A stretch of DNA of 63,480 nt, the filler included. It is 5 parts of 5 records of this genome, joined end to end, with 100 filler letters (N's around TTAATTAATTAA, not from the genome) between each part and the next. Parts side by side here need not be neighbours in the genome. Positions count along the whole stretch, not along the records: positions 24,916 to 46,382 come from SRR20825010_4261; 4 more parts are not named here. One strand, written 5' to 3'. Shown piece after piece: positions 24,917-34,491 of this stretch (position 1 is the stretch's first letter; each line of letters opens with the position of its first letter). The position numbers and the translations under genes were made by a program. A model generated the notes under the pieces. That model searched no databases, was not told the origin of the DNA, and was given only the letters and a program-made list of their open reading frames with translations.

Positions 24917-25477
24917 CAAAACAACGCTGGTGGTGCTTGGGATAATGCTAAAAAATCTTTTGAAGCTGGTGTGTTAATTAATGGTGAAATGACTTATAAA
25001 GGAAGCGATGCACATAAAGCAGCCGTAACAGGCGATACTGTTGGTGATCCTTTTAAAGATACTTCTGGTCCATCAATGAATATTTTGATTAAACTTACAT
25101 GTTTAATTGGGCTTGTAATTGCTCCAATTTTAGGTGGGCATACTTCTGAAACAACTGATACTGCTAGTACTGAAGTGGTTAAAAACGAAGTTGTAGCAGC
25201 TTCAACCGTTGATATAACTTCAAGTACCTTAAAAGATCAGATGCAATTCGATCAAAAAAATGATACAATTGTAAAAAGAACCGTTATGGTTGAAGGAGAA
25301 GAAGTAAGTAGAGTGATGACAATTAACTTTATTGAAGATTCAGGAAATGGATTGGCTTTGGCAAGAGTTATAACTGAAGACACATATAAAGATGGCGAAG
25401 TTAAAACTGAAAACAAAACGTACAAAGCTCCATTATCAGTTGTTAAAAAACGATTGAATGAAATAATGAATGACTAA
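24917..25477 (+). CDS. hppA: Membrane-bound cation-translocating pyrophosphatase, C-terminal fragment
   Basis: [13 protein letters not shown] and [26 protein letters not shown] signature motifs; 5' truncated, so ion/K+ specificity cannot be read. Confidence 0.95.
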   Translation, partial: QNNAGGAWDNAKKSFEAGVLINGEMTYKGSDAHKAAVTGDTVGDPFKDTSGPSMNILIKLTCLIGLVIAPILGGHTSETTDTASTEVVKNEVVAASTVDITSSTLKDQMQFDQKNDTIVKRTVMVEGEEVSRVMTINFIEDSGNGLALARVITEDTYKDGEVKTENKTYKAPLSVVKKRLNEIMND

Positions 25478-25507
25478 GTTCAGATTTAATCTTAAATAAT
25501 TTCAATT

Positions 25508-25542
25508 AAAAAAAGCCCAGATAATTTATCTGGGCTTTTTTT
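25508..25542. terminator. Bidirectional intrinsic terminator
   Basis: A7-GCCCAGATA-ATT-TATCTGGGC-T7 hairpin between convergent genes. Confidence 0.9.
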
Positions 25543-25622
25543 ATGTGTAAATACTGGTATAAAGTTTTTTTTGAAAAGATAACCCTAATTCAGTTTCTTG
25601 GGAAATAACTTTTAATTGTACC

Positions 25623-26237
25623 CTAAAACAATCCGTGTAGTTCTGCGTCAATCTTGTTTATTACTTGTCCTAAATGCTCAGGGTCGTCCACAAAATTAAT
25701 ATTATCTACATCAAAAATTATAAGGTTTCCTTTATCATATCCATGAATCCACGCTTCGTAACGTTCGTTCAACCTACTTAGATAATCGATGCTTATGGAG
25801 TTTTCATAATCACGCCCACGCTTATGAATTTGATTTACTAAATTTGGAATACTGCTTCGTAAATAAATAAGCAAATCTGGGCCTTCAGTTACACTTTCCA
25901 TCAAATCAAACAACGAACGATAGTTTTCAAAATCGCGATTGGTCATTAAACCCATTGCATGTAGGTTTGGTGCAAAAATATAGGCGTCTTCGTAAATTGT
26001 TCTATCTTGAATTACGTTTTTCCCTTTTTCACGAATATCAAGAATTTGACGAAAACGACTGTTCAAAAAGTAAATTTGAAGATTGAAAGACCACCGCTCC
26101 ATTTGGTTGTAAAAATCATCCAAATATGGATTGTCTTCTACATCTTCAAAATGGGGTTGCCATTTGTAATGTTTTGCCAATAAACGTGTAAGGGTGGTCT
26201 TTCCAGAGCCAATGTTTCCTGCAATTGCAACGTGCAT
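25623..26237 (-). CDS. Deoxynucleoside kinase
   Basis: P-loop GNIGSGKTT, DRTIYED, PDLLIYL, RGRDYE lid motif. Confidence 0.93.
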   Translation of the reverse strand: MHVAIAGNIGSGKTTLTRLLAKHYKWQPHFEDVEDNPYLDDFYNQMERWSFNLQIYFLNSRFRQILDIREKGKNVIQDRTIYEDAYIFAPNLHAMGLMTNRDFENYRSLFDLMESVTEGPDLLIYLRSSIPNLVNQIHKRGRDYENSISIDYLSRLNERYEAWIHGYDKGNLIIFDVDNINFVDDPEHLGQVINKIDAELHGLF

Positions 26238-26241
26238 TGTG

Positions 26242-27036
26242 TTATTTATTTGGGGTGGTTAGTTTAAAAGTGTGCAAATTTTTGCCGTCATAAATATACA
26301 GGAAATCATTTGTCAACTGCAAATCCTTTATGGTTATTTCGGGTAATTTCAGTTTCACGGTTTCACTAAGTGTTTCATTGTGTTTTGCGAAATCTGGAAT
26401 ATAATATAGTGCGTTTTCTTTTAAAGCAACCAAATTTTCATTCTGTTGAACTATTTTTTCGTAGCCATTTGAAAGAGTTTCATTTAAAATACTTCCGTAA
26501 ATATTGAATGCACGTAATTTATTTTCTGTAAGTGTAAAGCAATAATTAAAGTTGCTTGCCTGAGAAATCAATTTCCCAGAAAATGGTTGCGAAACCACAG
26601 TTTGTAGCTTAGCGCCATAATTGTATAGTTCCAACTGTTGCGTATCCACATTAAATAGCCAAAGACTATTGTTGCCAGCATTTGTAGCGGTGCTTACATT
26701 GAGAAACTGCGCAAGGTTGTTAAAGTTTATGCGTTTTATTTCACTTAATTTATTATCTAATAAAACTACAGTATTGGTGTCTTGAAAAAAAACTACCACC
26801 TTTAACGGGTTTATTATATCTACTGAAGTTATGCGCCCCAGTTGTAAATCATTATAAAGAAAATTACCGTCAGGACCTTGTTTATTGATTACCCTGTCTT
26901 TTATAAAATAGACATTTTTATAACTGTCGAAACCTATAAAAGAATCTGCTGTAAATGGAATTTCAGTTACAGCAGTTAAGGTTTGACCAAAACTAAATTG
27001 AAAGACAAATAGTAAAAAGACAAAAATCGGTTTCAT
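26242..27036 (-). CDS. Hypothetical secreted protein
   Basis: 264-aa ORF with signal peptide (FSFG-Q), 4 nt upstream of the kinase on the same strand. Confidence 0.8.
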   Translation of the reverse strand: MKPIFVFLLFVFQFSFGQTLTAVTEIPFTADSFIGFDSYKNVYFIKDRVINKQGPDGNFLYNDLQLGRITSVDIINPLKVVVFFQDTNTVVLLDNKLSEIKRINFNNLAQFLNVSTATNAGNNSLWLFNVDTQQLELYNYGAKLQTVVSQPFSGKLISQASNFNYCFTLTENKLRAFNIYGSILNETLSNGYEKIVQQNENLVALKENALYYIPDFAKHNETLSETVKLKLPEITIKDLQLTNDFLYIYDGKNLHTFKLTTPNK

Positions 27037-27208
27037 AGAAACTGCAAGTTACAAAAACAGCGTGCTATGTCAACGAAAAAGTATGTAACACATTATAAAA
27101 TACTTCGTCTTATTTATAAACCTATTGTTTTAATACATTTCAATTAAACTTATATTAATCATTTTAGTCAAAGGTCTTTACCTTTCACTTTCACCATCAA
27201 ATATTTTT

Positions 27209-28096
27209 ATGAAAAGCTATCTCTTTATATACTCGCTATTATTTTCATTTGCTGTTAATGCACAAAACATCAGCGGTCAAGCTTATTACCAATCAAAAAC
27301 CACAGTAGATCTCGATGCCTTTGGCGGTAATCGTGAAATGACTGAGGAAATGAAAAAAATGATTGCCGAAAGAATGAAAGGTATGCTTGAAAAAACATTC
27401 ATTCTAACTTTCAATAAGGATGAATCTATTTATAAAGAAGAAGAGAAATTAGACGCTGCACCAATGAACCCAGGTTTTAGAATGATGATGAGTAGCTACA
27501 CCCCTGGAGCGCAATATAAAAATCTAAAAACAGGACAAGCTGTTGAAGAGAATGAATTCTTTGGCAAACAATTTTTAGTGATTGATACCATCCAAAAGCT
27601 AGAATGGAAAACTACAAACGAATCCAAACAAATTGGACAATACATTGCTTTTAAAGCTACAGCGATTAAAAAAGTAGATCCGAATGATTTTAGCATGGCT
27701 CGCCCAAGACGTAACCGAAATGGAAGAAATGAAAATGAAAATGCTGAAGCAAAAAAAGACACAACTCAATCTCAAGACCCAATGGATTTGATTGAAGTTC
27801 CAAAAGAAATTGAAGTTACAGCTTGGTTTACGCCACAGATTCCTGTTAGCAACGGTCCTGGTGAATTTTCTGGGCTTCCAGGGCTAATTTTAGAGCTTAA
27901 CGCATACAGAACTACGCTTTTATGTTCTAAAATTGTAATGAATCCAAAAGAATCTGAAAAAATTGAAGCCCCAACAAAAGGAAAACAGGTTTCTAAAGAA
28001 GAATATTCAAAAATTGTAAAAGATAAAACTGACGAACTTCGTGAGAATTTTAGAGGTGGTGGTAATGGCCGTCGTGGAGGTAGATTTGGTGGGTAA
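27209..28096 (+). CDS. GLPGLI family protein
   Basis: AWFTPQIPVSNGPGEFSGLPGLILE motif, signal peptide. Confidence 0.93.
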   Translation: MKSYLFIYSLLFSFAVNAQNISGQAYYQSKTTVDLDAFGGNREMTEEMKKMIAERMKGMLEKTFILTFNKDESIYKEEEKLDAAPMNPGFRMMMSSYTPGAQYKNLKTGQAVEENEFFGKQFLVIDTIQKLEWKTTNESKQIGQYIAFKATAIKKVDPNDFSMARPRRNRNGRNENENAEAKKDTTQSQDPMDLIEVPKEIEVTAWFTPQIPVSNGPGEFSGLPGLILELNAYRTTLLCSKIVMNPKESEKIEAPTKGKQVSKEEYSKIVKDKTDELRENFRGGGNGRRGGRFGG

Positions 28097-28189
28097 AAAA
28101 TAAAATGACCACATAGGCACAGAGAAAAAAATGAGATGATAGAAAACAAAATTTCTTCTAAAATTATTTAATTATCCACTATAAATAGT

Positions 28190-30943
28190 ATGAAAAAATT
28201 ACTCTGGCTTGCCCTATTTTTTTTCAGCTTTACGCTTTCTGCGCAAAGCATTAAAGCGAAAGGAACCATCAAAGATAGTATTGGCAATCCACTTGAATTT
28301 GCCAATGTTATTGCGAGTATAAAAACCACTGGCGCGACAGAATCCTACGGAATTACAAATCACCAAGGGCGCTATCAATTAGATCTTCCAAAAGGAAATA
28401 CTTATGTTTTAAGAGCAAGTTTTTTAGGCTTTGAAACCAAGGAACAAACTGTAACTATTCCCGAAGATGCCGAAAATATTGAATTGGATTTCATTCTAAA
28501 ACCACAGGAAAACCAGTTGGACGATGTGGAAATAGTTTACGAAATGCCAGTTACTATTAAAGGCGATACAATCGTTTACAATGCAGATAGTTTTACCAAT
28601 GGTGATGAAAGGAAATTGGGTGATGTGATGAAAAAGCTCCCAGGTGTTGAGGTAAATGAAGATGGCGAAATACAGGTGGAAGGTAAAACCGTTACAAAAG
28701 TAATGGTAGAAGGCAAAGATTTTTTTGATGGCGATAGTAAACTAGCCACTAAAAACATTCCTGCAGATGCAGTAGATAAAGTTGAGGTGCTTCGCAATTA
28801 TAATGAAGTAGACCAAATGCGTGGGCTTGGTAATGATCGTGATAATGTTGCAATAAACATAAAACTAAAAGAAGGAAAAAAGAATTTTTGGTTTGGGGAA
28901 GTTACAGCCGGTGCGGGAATAGCAGACGATTATGGCGCTGAAAGTGGTCGTTATTTAGTGCATCCAAAACTATTTTATTACAGCCCAAAATATAGCATTA
29001 ACCTTATTGCCGATTTTAATAATATAGGTGAAGTACCGTTTACGTTTCGCGATTATTTCAATTTTACGGGTGGTTTTAAAAATTTTAATAGAGGTGGCGG
29101 AACGAGCTTCAATATTAGAAATAGTGACCTTGGTTTTGCCGTTTCACAAAACAATCGCGCAAAAAGTATTGATGCCAAATTTGTTGCAGGAAATTTCAGT
29201 TATGCAGTAAATAATAAATTAGATATTAGTGGCTTCGGAATTTTTAGTGATAACAAAACCAATATTGTAAACAACAGTATTCGTCAGTATATTTTAACGG
29301 GACTCACCGAAAATACAACTACTGAAAACGATCAGCACAACCAATTAGCAATGCTAAAATTAAGTAGCACCTATAAGCCAAATACCAGTTTTCAGTTAGA
29401 TTATGATGCTCTTGCTAAAACTTCCAATCAAAGTGAAGACGACACTACAATTTCAATTGTAGATATCAATCAAAATAATATTTCAGAAATTAAAGAGAAT
29501 AAGCCGTTTTCAATAAACCAAACAGTAAATGCATATTATACTTTAAACGACAAGAATATTTTTGCTGCAGAAATACAACATCTATATCAAGATGAAGACC
29601 CATTTTATCAAGCAGTTCAGGATGAAATTCCGTTTCGAGGGGTTTTTACAGTTATAAATGATACTCTAAATAGCAATGCAGATACTTTTGATCCTTTGGA
29701 ACAATCGGATCGTTATAACATTAACCAAGATAAAAGGGTAAAAAGCAATAAACTGGACGCTAAGGTTGATTATTATTATGTGCTCAATAATTTGAGCAAC
29801 CTTAATTTTACGGTTGGAACTACCTATAGCAATCAAAAATTTAATTCTGCTATTTTTCAAATTTTAGATAACGGTAGCCAAAACACTTTTACTGAAAATG
29901 ATTTTAATAACGATGTTGCCTATTCGTTTACAGATGCTTTTTTTGGACTTCATTATAAGCTGAAAGCAGGGAAGTTTATTTTTACACCAGGAGTTACACT
30001 TCATAATTACAATTTAAAAAACGAACAACTAGGCACAGCATCAATACAAAACAATTGGCGATTGCTGCCAGATATTAATGTGGTTTTGGAGTTGAAAAAG
30101 AGTGAAAATATTCGTTTTAATTATGCAATTACTTCTGAATATAGTGATGTTAACGATTATGTGGAAGGTTATGTTTTTAATAACTACAACCGCCTTTTTA
30201 GAGGAAATAGGGAGTTGGAAAACGCCCTTTCACACAGTTATAATTTGACTTATTTCAGTTTCAATCTTTTTAATTACACCAATTTAAGCGGAAATTTAGG
30301 CTATACAAGAAAGGTTGATGCAATAAAAACTACTACCGAATTAGCTGGAATTAATCAGGTGAGTAGCCCTATTAATTTTGACAGTAATTTTCCAGATGAA
30401 ACATTTTCGGCAGCAGGAAGATTTAGCAAAACGGTGAAAAAAATCCAGTTTAAGCTTGATGCAAGCCTTGTAGTTAGTAAATCAAACAATACCGTTAACG
30501 AAGAAATCCGCGAGAGCCAAAGTTTTACACAAAACTATAACGCCAGCCTTCAAAGTAACTTTAAAACCTTTCCAAATTTTGAAGTTGGATATCGATACAT
30601 AAAAAACGATTATGATAATGGTGGAGCGGAACAGACTTACTTTACAAACCGTCCGTATGCAAACGTAAATCTTCGGTTTTTAAAAGATTTCAACTTTTTT
30701 GCTGAGTGGGATTATTATAACTATACAAATGAAGCCAAAACTGTAGAAAATAACTACTCCTTTTTCAATGCAAATTTATACTATCAATACGGTGAAAGCC
30801 CTTGGGAATTCTCAGTACAAGCAACTAATATTTTAGATACAGAAGCTATAAATAACGATAGTTTTAGCGATCAATTTAATACTACATCCCAATATTTTGT
30901 GATGCCACGAATTGTGATGTTTGTTATTAAATATGATTTGTAG
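28190..30943 (+). CDS. Outer-membrane beta-barrel / TonB-dependent-like receptor with N-terminal carboxypeptidase-regulatory-like domain
   Basis: Signal peptide, GxIKDxxGxPLEFANV, DTIVYNADSF, KKLPGVEV, terminal amphipathic strand; usual partner of GLPGLI genes. Confidence 0.88.
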   Translation: MKKLLWLALFFFSFTLSAQSIKAKGTIKDSIGNPLEFANVIASIKTTGATESYGITNHQGRYQLDLPKGNTYVLRASFLGFETKEQTVTIPEDAENIELDFILKPQENQLDDVEIVYEMPVTIKGDTIVYNADSFTNGDERKLGDVMKKLPGVEVNEDGEIQVEGKTVTKVMVEGKDFFDGDSKLATKNIPADAVDKVEVLRNYNEVDQMRGLGNDRDNVAINIKLKEGKKNFWFGEVTAGAGIADDYGAESGRYLVHPKLFYYSPKYSINLIADFNNIGEVPFTFRDYFNFTGGFKNFNRGGGTSFNIRNSDLGFAVSQNNRAKSIDAKFVAGNFSYAVNNKLDISGFGIFSDNKTNIVNNSIRQYILTGLTENTTTENDQHNQLAMLKLSSTYKPNTSFQLDYDALAKTSNQSEDDTTISIVDINQNNISEIKENKPFSINQTVNAYYTLNDKNIFAAEIQHLYQDEDPFYQAVQDEIPFRGVFTVINDTLNSNADTFDPLEQSDRYNINQDKRVKSNKLDAKVDYYYVLNNLSNLNFTVGTTYSNQKFNSAIFQILDNGSQNTFTENDFNNDVAYSFTDAFFGLHYKLKAGKFIFTPGVTLHNYNLKNEQLGTASIQNNWRLLPDINVVLELKKSENIRFNYAITSEYSDVNDYVEGYVFNNYNRLFRGNRELENALSHSYNLTYFSFNLFNYTNLSGNLGYTRKVDAIKTTTELAGINQVSSPINFDSNFPDETFSAAGRFSKTVKKIQFKLDASLVVSKSNNTVNEEIRESQSFTQNYNASLQSNFKTFPNFEVGYRYIKNDYDNGGAEQTYFTNRPYANVNLRFLKDFNFFAEWDYYNYTNEAKTVENNYSFFNANLYYQYGESPWEFSVQATNILDTEAINNDSFSDQFNTTSQYFVMPRIVMFVIKYDL

Positions 30944-31024
30944 AAATTAATTTTCAGTTAAACCGAATCTAGCAATTACCAACTGCCACGCAAATTTTAT
31001 ATCTTTCCCATAAAATTTTTTATC

Positions 31025-31639
31025 ATGCGAAACATTCTCCTCGGAATAGTAATTGCTTTTGTTATCGTTTTTGGGTTGCGTTATTGTGAAAACAAGAAAG
31101 AAAATAGAGAGCTTCTTGAAGCCAATACTGCGTTAATTCAAAAGGAATTAAAGAATGTTGGAAAACTAATTGTTACAGAAGGAAGCTACGCACAGGTTTT
31201 TACGTATAATGATAGTAAAGAGTTACTTTATGGTATGTTTGATGCGCGTAAAAAAGCCTTAGTTGTTGTAAACGCCACGGCAAGCATCGCGTATGATTTA
31301 AGTAAGGTGAACACGCAAATAGACGAAGCCACAAAAACGGTTACCATTACAAATATCCCCGAGCCAGAGCTTGCTATAAACCCAAATATTGAGTATTACG
31401 ATGTTACCCAAGATTACTTAAACCAGTTTAATGCTACAGATTATAACAAAATAAAACAACGCGTAGAAAAATCACTTCGGGAAAAAATAGAAGCTTCCGA
31501 GTTACGAACAAATGCAGAAAACCGATTGATTTCTGAACTTCAGAAAATTTATATTTTAACCAATTCTATGGGTTGGACTTTGAAATATAATTCTGAAACT
31601 GTAAAAGACGAAAACGATTTGCAGAAACTTAAATTATAG
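31025..31639 (+). CDS. DUF4230-like membrane-anchored protein
   Basis: N-terminal TM, VGKLIVTEG, KKALVVVNA, YDLSK motifs. Confidence 0.75.
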   Translation: MRNILLGIVIAFVIVFGLRYCENKKENRELLEANTALIQKELKNVGKLIVTEGSYAQVFTYNDSKELLYGMFDARKKALVVVNATASIAYDLSKVNTQIDEATKTVTITNIPEPELAINPNIEYYDVTQDYLNQFNATDYNKIKQRVEKSLREKIEASELRTNAENRLISELQKIYILTNSMGWTLKYNSETVKDENDLQKLKL

Positions 31640-31939
31640 TTTTTTACTTAAACTAAACCAACCACCGCCATTCATTGCTTCCACACCATTACTTTTTAAA
31701 ATTGTAGCGGCACTTGCACTTCGCATACCGCTAGCACAACACGTAATTACAGGTTTATCCCATTTTTTTATTTCACTTATTTTTGAAGAAACTTGCTGCA
31801 ACGGAATATGTTTGGAGCCAGGAATTGCGCCACTTTCGTATTCAGATTTACTGCGAACATCCAAAATTACAGCATTCCTGCTTTTAAAATCCTGAATTTT
31901 TTTTGATTTATTTTCGAATAAAAAATTGAAGAGTCCCAT
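31634..31939 (-). CDS. Rhodanese-like domain protein
   Basis: ILDVRSxxEYxxGxIPGSxHIP and active-site CASGMRS. Confidence 0.92.
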   Translation of the reverse strand: MGLFNFLFENKSKKIQDFKSRNAVILDVRSKSEYESGAIPGSKHIPLQQVSSKISEIKKWDKPVITCCASGMRSASAATILKSNGVEAMNGGGWFSLSKKL

Positions 31940-31972
31940 ATATATTTTTCCCTTAATGGAGTTTTTGTTTAG

Positions 31973-33748
31973 TTAATAATTAGTTTGGTCACTGAGCGAA
32001 GTAGTGTTAATTAAGCTTAAACCACCTTCAATTAAATGCGCCACTTTTGGTCTTTGTTGCTTCAAATTTAAAAGATGATTTAAAACTTCTTCAGAAAATT
32101 CTGAAGTTGTATTTGCAACCAGCTCATATATTTCTAATGAAAGTAACCAATCGGTAGCATGGTTTTCTTTTAAATTTTCAAAGATTTGTTGAAGCTTGGT
32201 CGCATCTATTTCATTAGAATTACGAATCTCTCTTACTTTTTTATAAAATGAATTCAGCGCTTTTTCTTTTTCTGAAAGTTGCACACGAATTGTTTCACTG
32301 CTTGAAACGTGATTTACCAAATTAAACGAATGGTAATCTGCTGCTCCCGCAAAAGCTGAAGCAATTTCTTTACCTACAGCCATATCAAAATTGCCCATTT
32401 CAGGAGAAAATAACACTTCATTTTTGTAGGTTACCGTACAATCCGTAAACTGAATAAGCATCAATTCGCCACGAAGGTTTCGTATTCCTGTAACGTTTAG
32501 TCCTTCTACTGTTATTCCGCTTTCAAACTCAAATGCAATAGGTTTTCCATCGTAAAAATTATACGCTTGCAAATCCCGTGGCCCCATATTTTCAATAGCA
32601 AGATTAATGCCTTTCAATTTCCCCAAAGGAGAACGAAATCCATTTTTATGACGACTTACGCCATGGCCAATCACTTCTTTTTCGCGGTATGAAAGTGCCG
32701 TTTCCCCTTCCGTTTCAAAGTAAACTACTTCGTTGTCCTCATTTTTTATCATTCGTGAAAAACGACCGCTTATTTGTAGTCCGGTACTAATTTCAATAGT
32801 GCCAAGTTGTTTCGATTTTATAAGTTTTTTTAAGCCACGCCAACCACCTTTTCGCACAGCCATAGTGTTTGCAAATTCTTCTAAAACTTCTTGTAAGTAT
32901 GCAAAATCTGGCGTTATATAAAGCTGTGGCTGTGGTTTTGTTATATCAAAATCTTGGTAAGCAGCATCGATGGAATAAGGAATTTTTTTCACTTCATCTT
33001 TCATACACCAAACACTTTCACCGATGGAAGAAAGTAAGCCTGCGCCATAAATTTTTGGGTTTTCTACCGTGCCAACCATTCCGTATTCTACAGTCCACCA
33101 ATGTAAATTTCGAATTAAAGAAATTTCTGAAGGCTTTACTTTTTTGTTTTGAAGCTCTTCAACTCTAGTTTCAGCTGCGTGTATTAATTCATCCGAAATA
33201 CCTTCAGCTTCCTTTAAAATAGAGAGTTCACGAACGGCTTCATACATATCCATATCGTGGGCGCTGGAAATAGCTTTTGCACCAACCTCCCCAAAACGAC
33301 GTAAATATTCTGCGTAATCTGGGCTGGCAATAATAGGAGCATGGCCTGCGCCTTCGTGAATAATATCTGGTGCTGGCGTATATTCTATATTTTCAAGTTG
33401 ACGAATATCGCTAGCAATAACAAGCACTTTATACGCCTGAAATTCCATAAAAGCATTCGGCGGAATGAATCCATCAACCGCAACTGCAGCCCAACCAATT
33501 TCCTTTAAAATTCGGTTCATGCCATACATTGAAGGAATTTCATCTATTGAAATACCTGTTTTTTTAAGTCCGCCCAAATAACTTTCGTGTGCAACTTTAC
33601 TCAAATAATCCACGTTTTTTCGCATTACATAACGCCAAACAGCCTGATTTATGGGTGTATATTGCTCATAATCCTGTGGTTTTATGTACTGTTTTAAATG
33701 TGGGGGCAAGCGGTCCAACAATTCGTTGGTTTCAATATTCATTTCCAT
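31973..33748 (-). CDS. phhA: Aromatic amino acid hydroxylase (phenylalanine 4-monooxygenase), long form
   Basis: YTPAPDIIHEGAGH iron-ligand motif, WWTVEYG, YGAGLLSSIGE, DITKPQPQLY; extra ~280-aa C-terminal region. Confidence 0.9.
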   Translation of the reverse strand: MEMNIETNELLDRLPPHLKQYIKPQDYEQYTPINQAVWRYVMRKNVDYLSKVAHESYLGGLKKTGISIDEIPSMYGMNRILKEIGWAAVAVDGFIPPNAFMEFQAYKVLVIASDIRQLENIEYTPAPDIIHEGAGHAPIIASPDYAEYLRRFGEVGAKAISSAHDMDMYEAVRELSILKEAEGISDELIHAAETRVEELQNKKVKPSEISLIRNLHWWTVEYGMVGTVENPKIYGAGLLSSIGESVWCMKDEVKKIPYSIDAAYQDFDITKPQPQLYITPDFAYLQEVLEEFANTMAVRKGGWRGLKKLIKSKQLGTIEISTGLQISGRFSRMIKNEDNEVVYFETEGETALSYREKEVIGHGVSRHKNGFRSPLGKLKGINLAIENMGPRDLQAYNFYDGKPIAFEFESGITVEGLNVTGIRNLRGELMLIQFTDCTVTYKNEVLFSPEMGNFDMAVGKEIASAFAGAADYHSFNLVNHVSSSETIRVQLSEKEKALNSFYKKVREIRNSNEIDATKLQQIFENLKENHATDWLLSLEIYELVANTTSEFSEEVLNHLLNLKQQRPKVAHLIEGGLSLINTTSLSDQTNY

Positions 33749-33752
33749 AGTT

Positions 33753-33760
33753 CAAAAGTA
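33753..33760 (-). promoter_or_regulatory. Bacteroidetes -7 promoter element for phhA
   Basis: TACTTTTG matches TAnnTTTG and lies 4 nt from the ATG, implying a leaderless or very short-leader mRNA. Confidence 0.5.
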
Positions 33761-33838
33761 ATGAGTAATTGTTTATTATGTATGACAATACTAAAAAAGT
33801 GCTAAGAGTTTTTGTAGAATTCCTATCTTGCGTTATCA

Positions 33839-34408
33839 ATGAAAAACAGTACCCGAAAAGAAGAAATAATAACCGTTGCCTCCCGCCTTTTTAATGAAAA
33901 AGGCTTTAAAGCTGTTTCAATGCGAGACATCGCCACGGCAATGAATATAAAGGCCGCCAGTCTTTATAACCACATTAGTGGAAAGCAACAAATACTTTCT
34001 GAAATCATTCTTGAAGTTGCAAAAGCTTTTACTGTTGGAATGGAAAAAGTATGCGTGAAAAATATTTCTGCCATCGAAAAAATAGAAATGGTTATTGAAA
34101 TGCATATTGCAATTACAGTAAATCATTCCGAGGCTCTCGCCGCTTTAAACAACGATTGGATGCATTTAGAAGGCGCAGATTTAAATGCTGTTGTTAAAAT
34201 GCGGGAAGATTACGAGGAAAATTTCCGAAATATTATAAAACAAGGCATACATGCTGGAGAAATAAGCCCGAATCATCCTGAAGTTGTACTTTTTTCAATT
34301 CTTTCTACCTTGAGAACACTTTATTTATGGAATCAGAAAAGGGGAAAACTAGACGTGAATATTCTTAAAAAAGATATGGTTTCTGTGCTTATTAAAGGAA
34401 TTGTGTAA
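33839..34408 (+). CDS. TetR/AcrR family regulator (PaaR-like)
   Basis: N-terminal HTH LFNEKGFKAVSMRDIA...AASLYNH; directly upstream of the paa operon. Confidence 0.9.
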   Translation: MKNSTRKEEIITVASRLFNEKGFKAVSMRDIATAMNIKAASLYNHISGKQQILSEIILEVAKAFTVGMEKVCVKNISAIEKIEMVIEMHIAITVNHSEALAALNNDWMHLEGADLNAVVKMREDYEENFRNIIKQGIHAGEISPNHPEVVLFSILSTLRTLYLWNQKRGKLDVNILKKDMVSVLIKGIV

Positions 34409-34435
34409 GAAACCTTCAAAGTGCGACAATAATAA

Positions 34436-34467
34436 TTTGCTATTCTAACTAACAAGCGTTAGTTTTG
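34436..34467 (+). promoter_or_regulatory. paa operon promoter with overlapping TetR operator palindrome
   Basis: TTTG(34436-39)-N20-TAGTTTTG(34460-67) fits the Bacteroidetes -33/-7 consensus; perfect palindrome AACTAAC-N4-GTTAGTT at 34447-34464. Confidence 0.75.
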
Positions 34468-34491
34468 TTAACCTAATTTTATAAAATAAAC

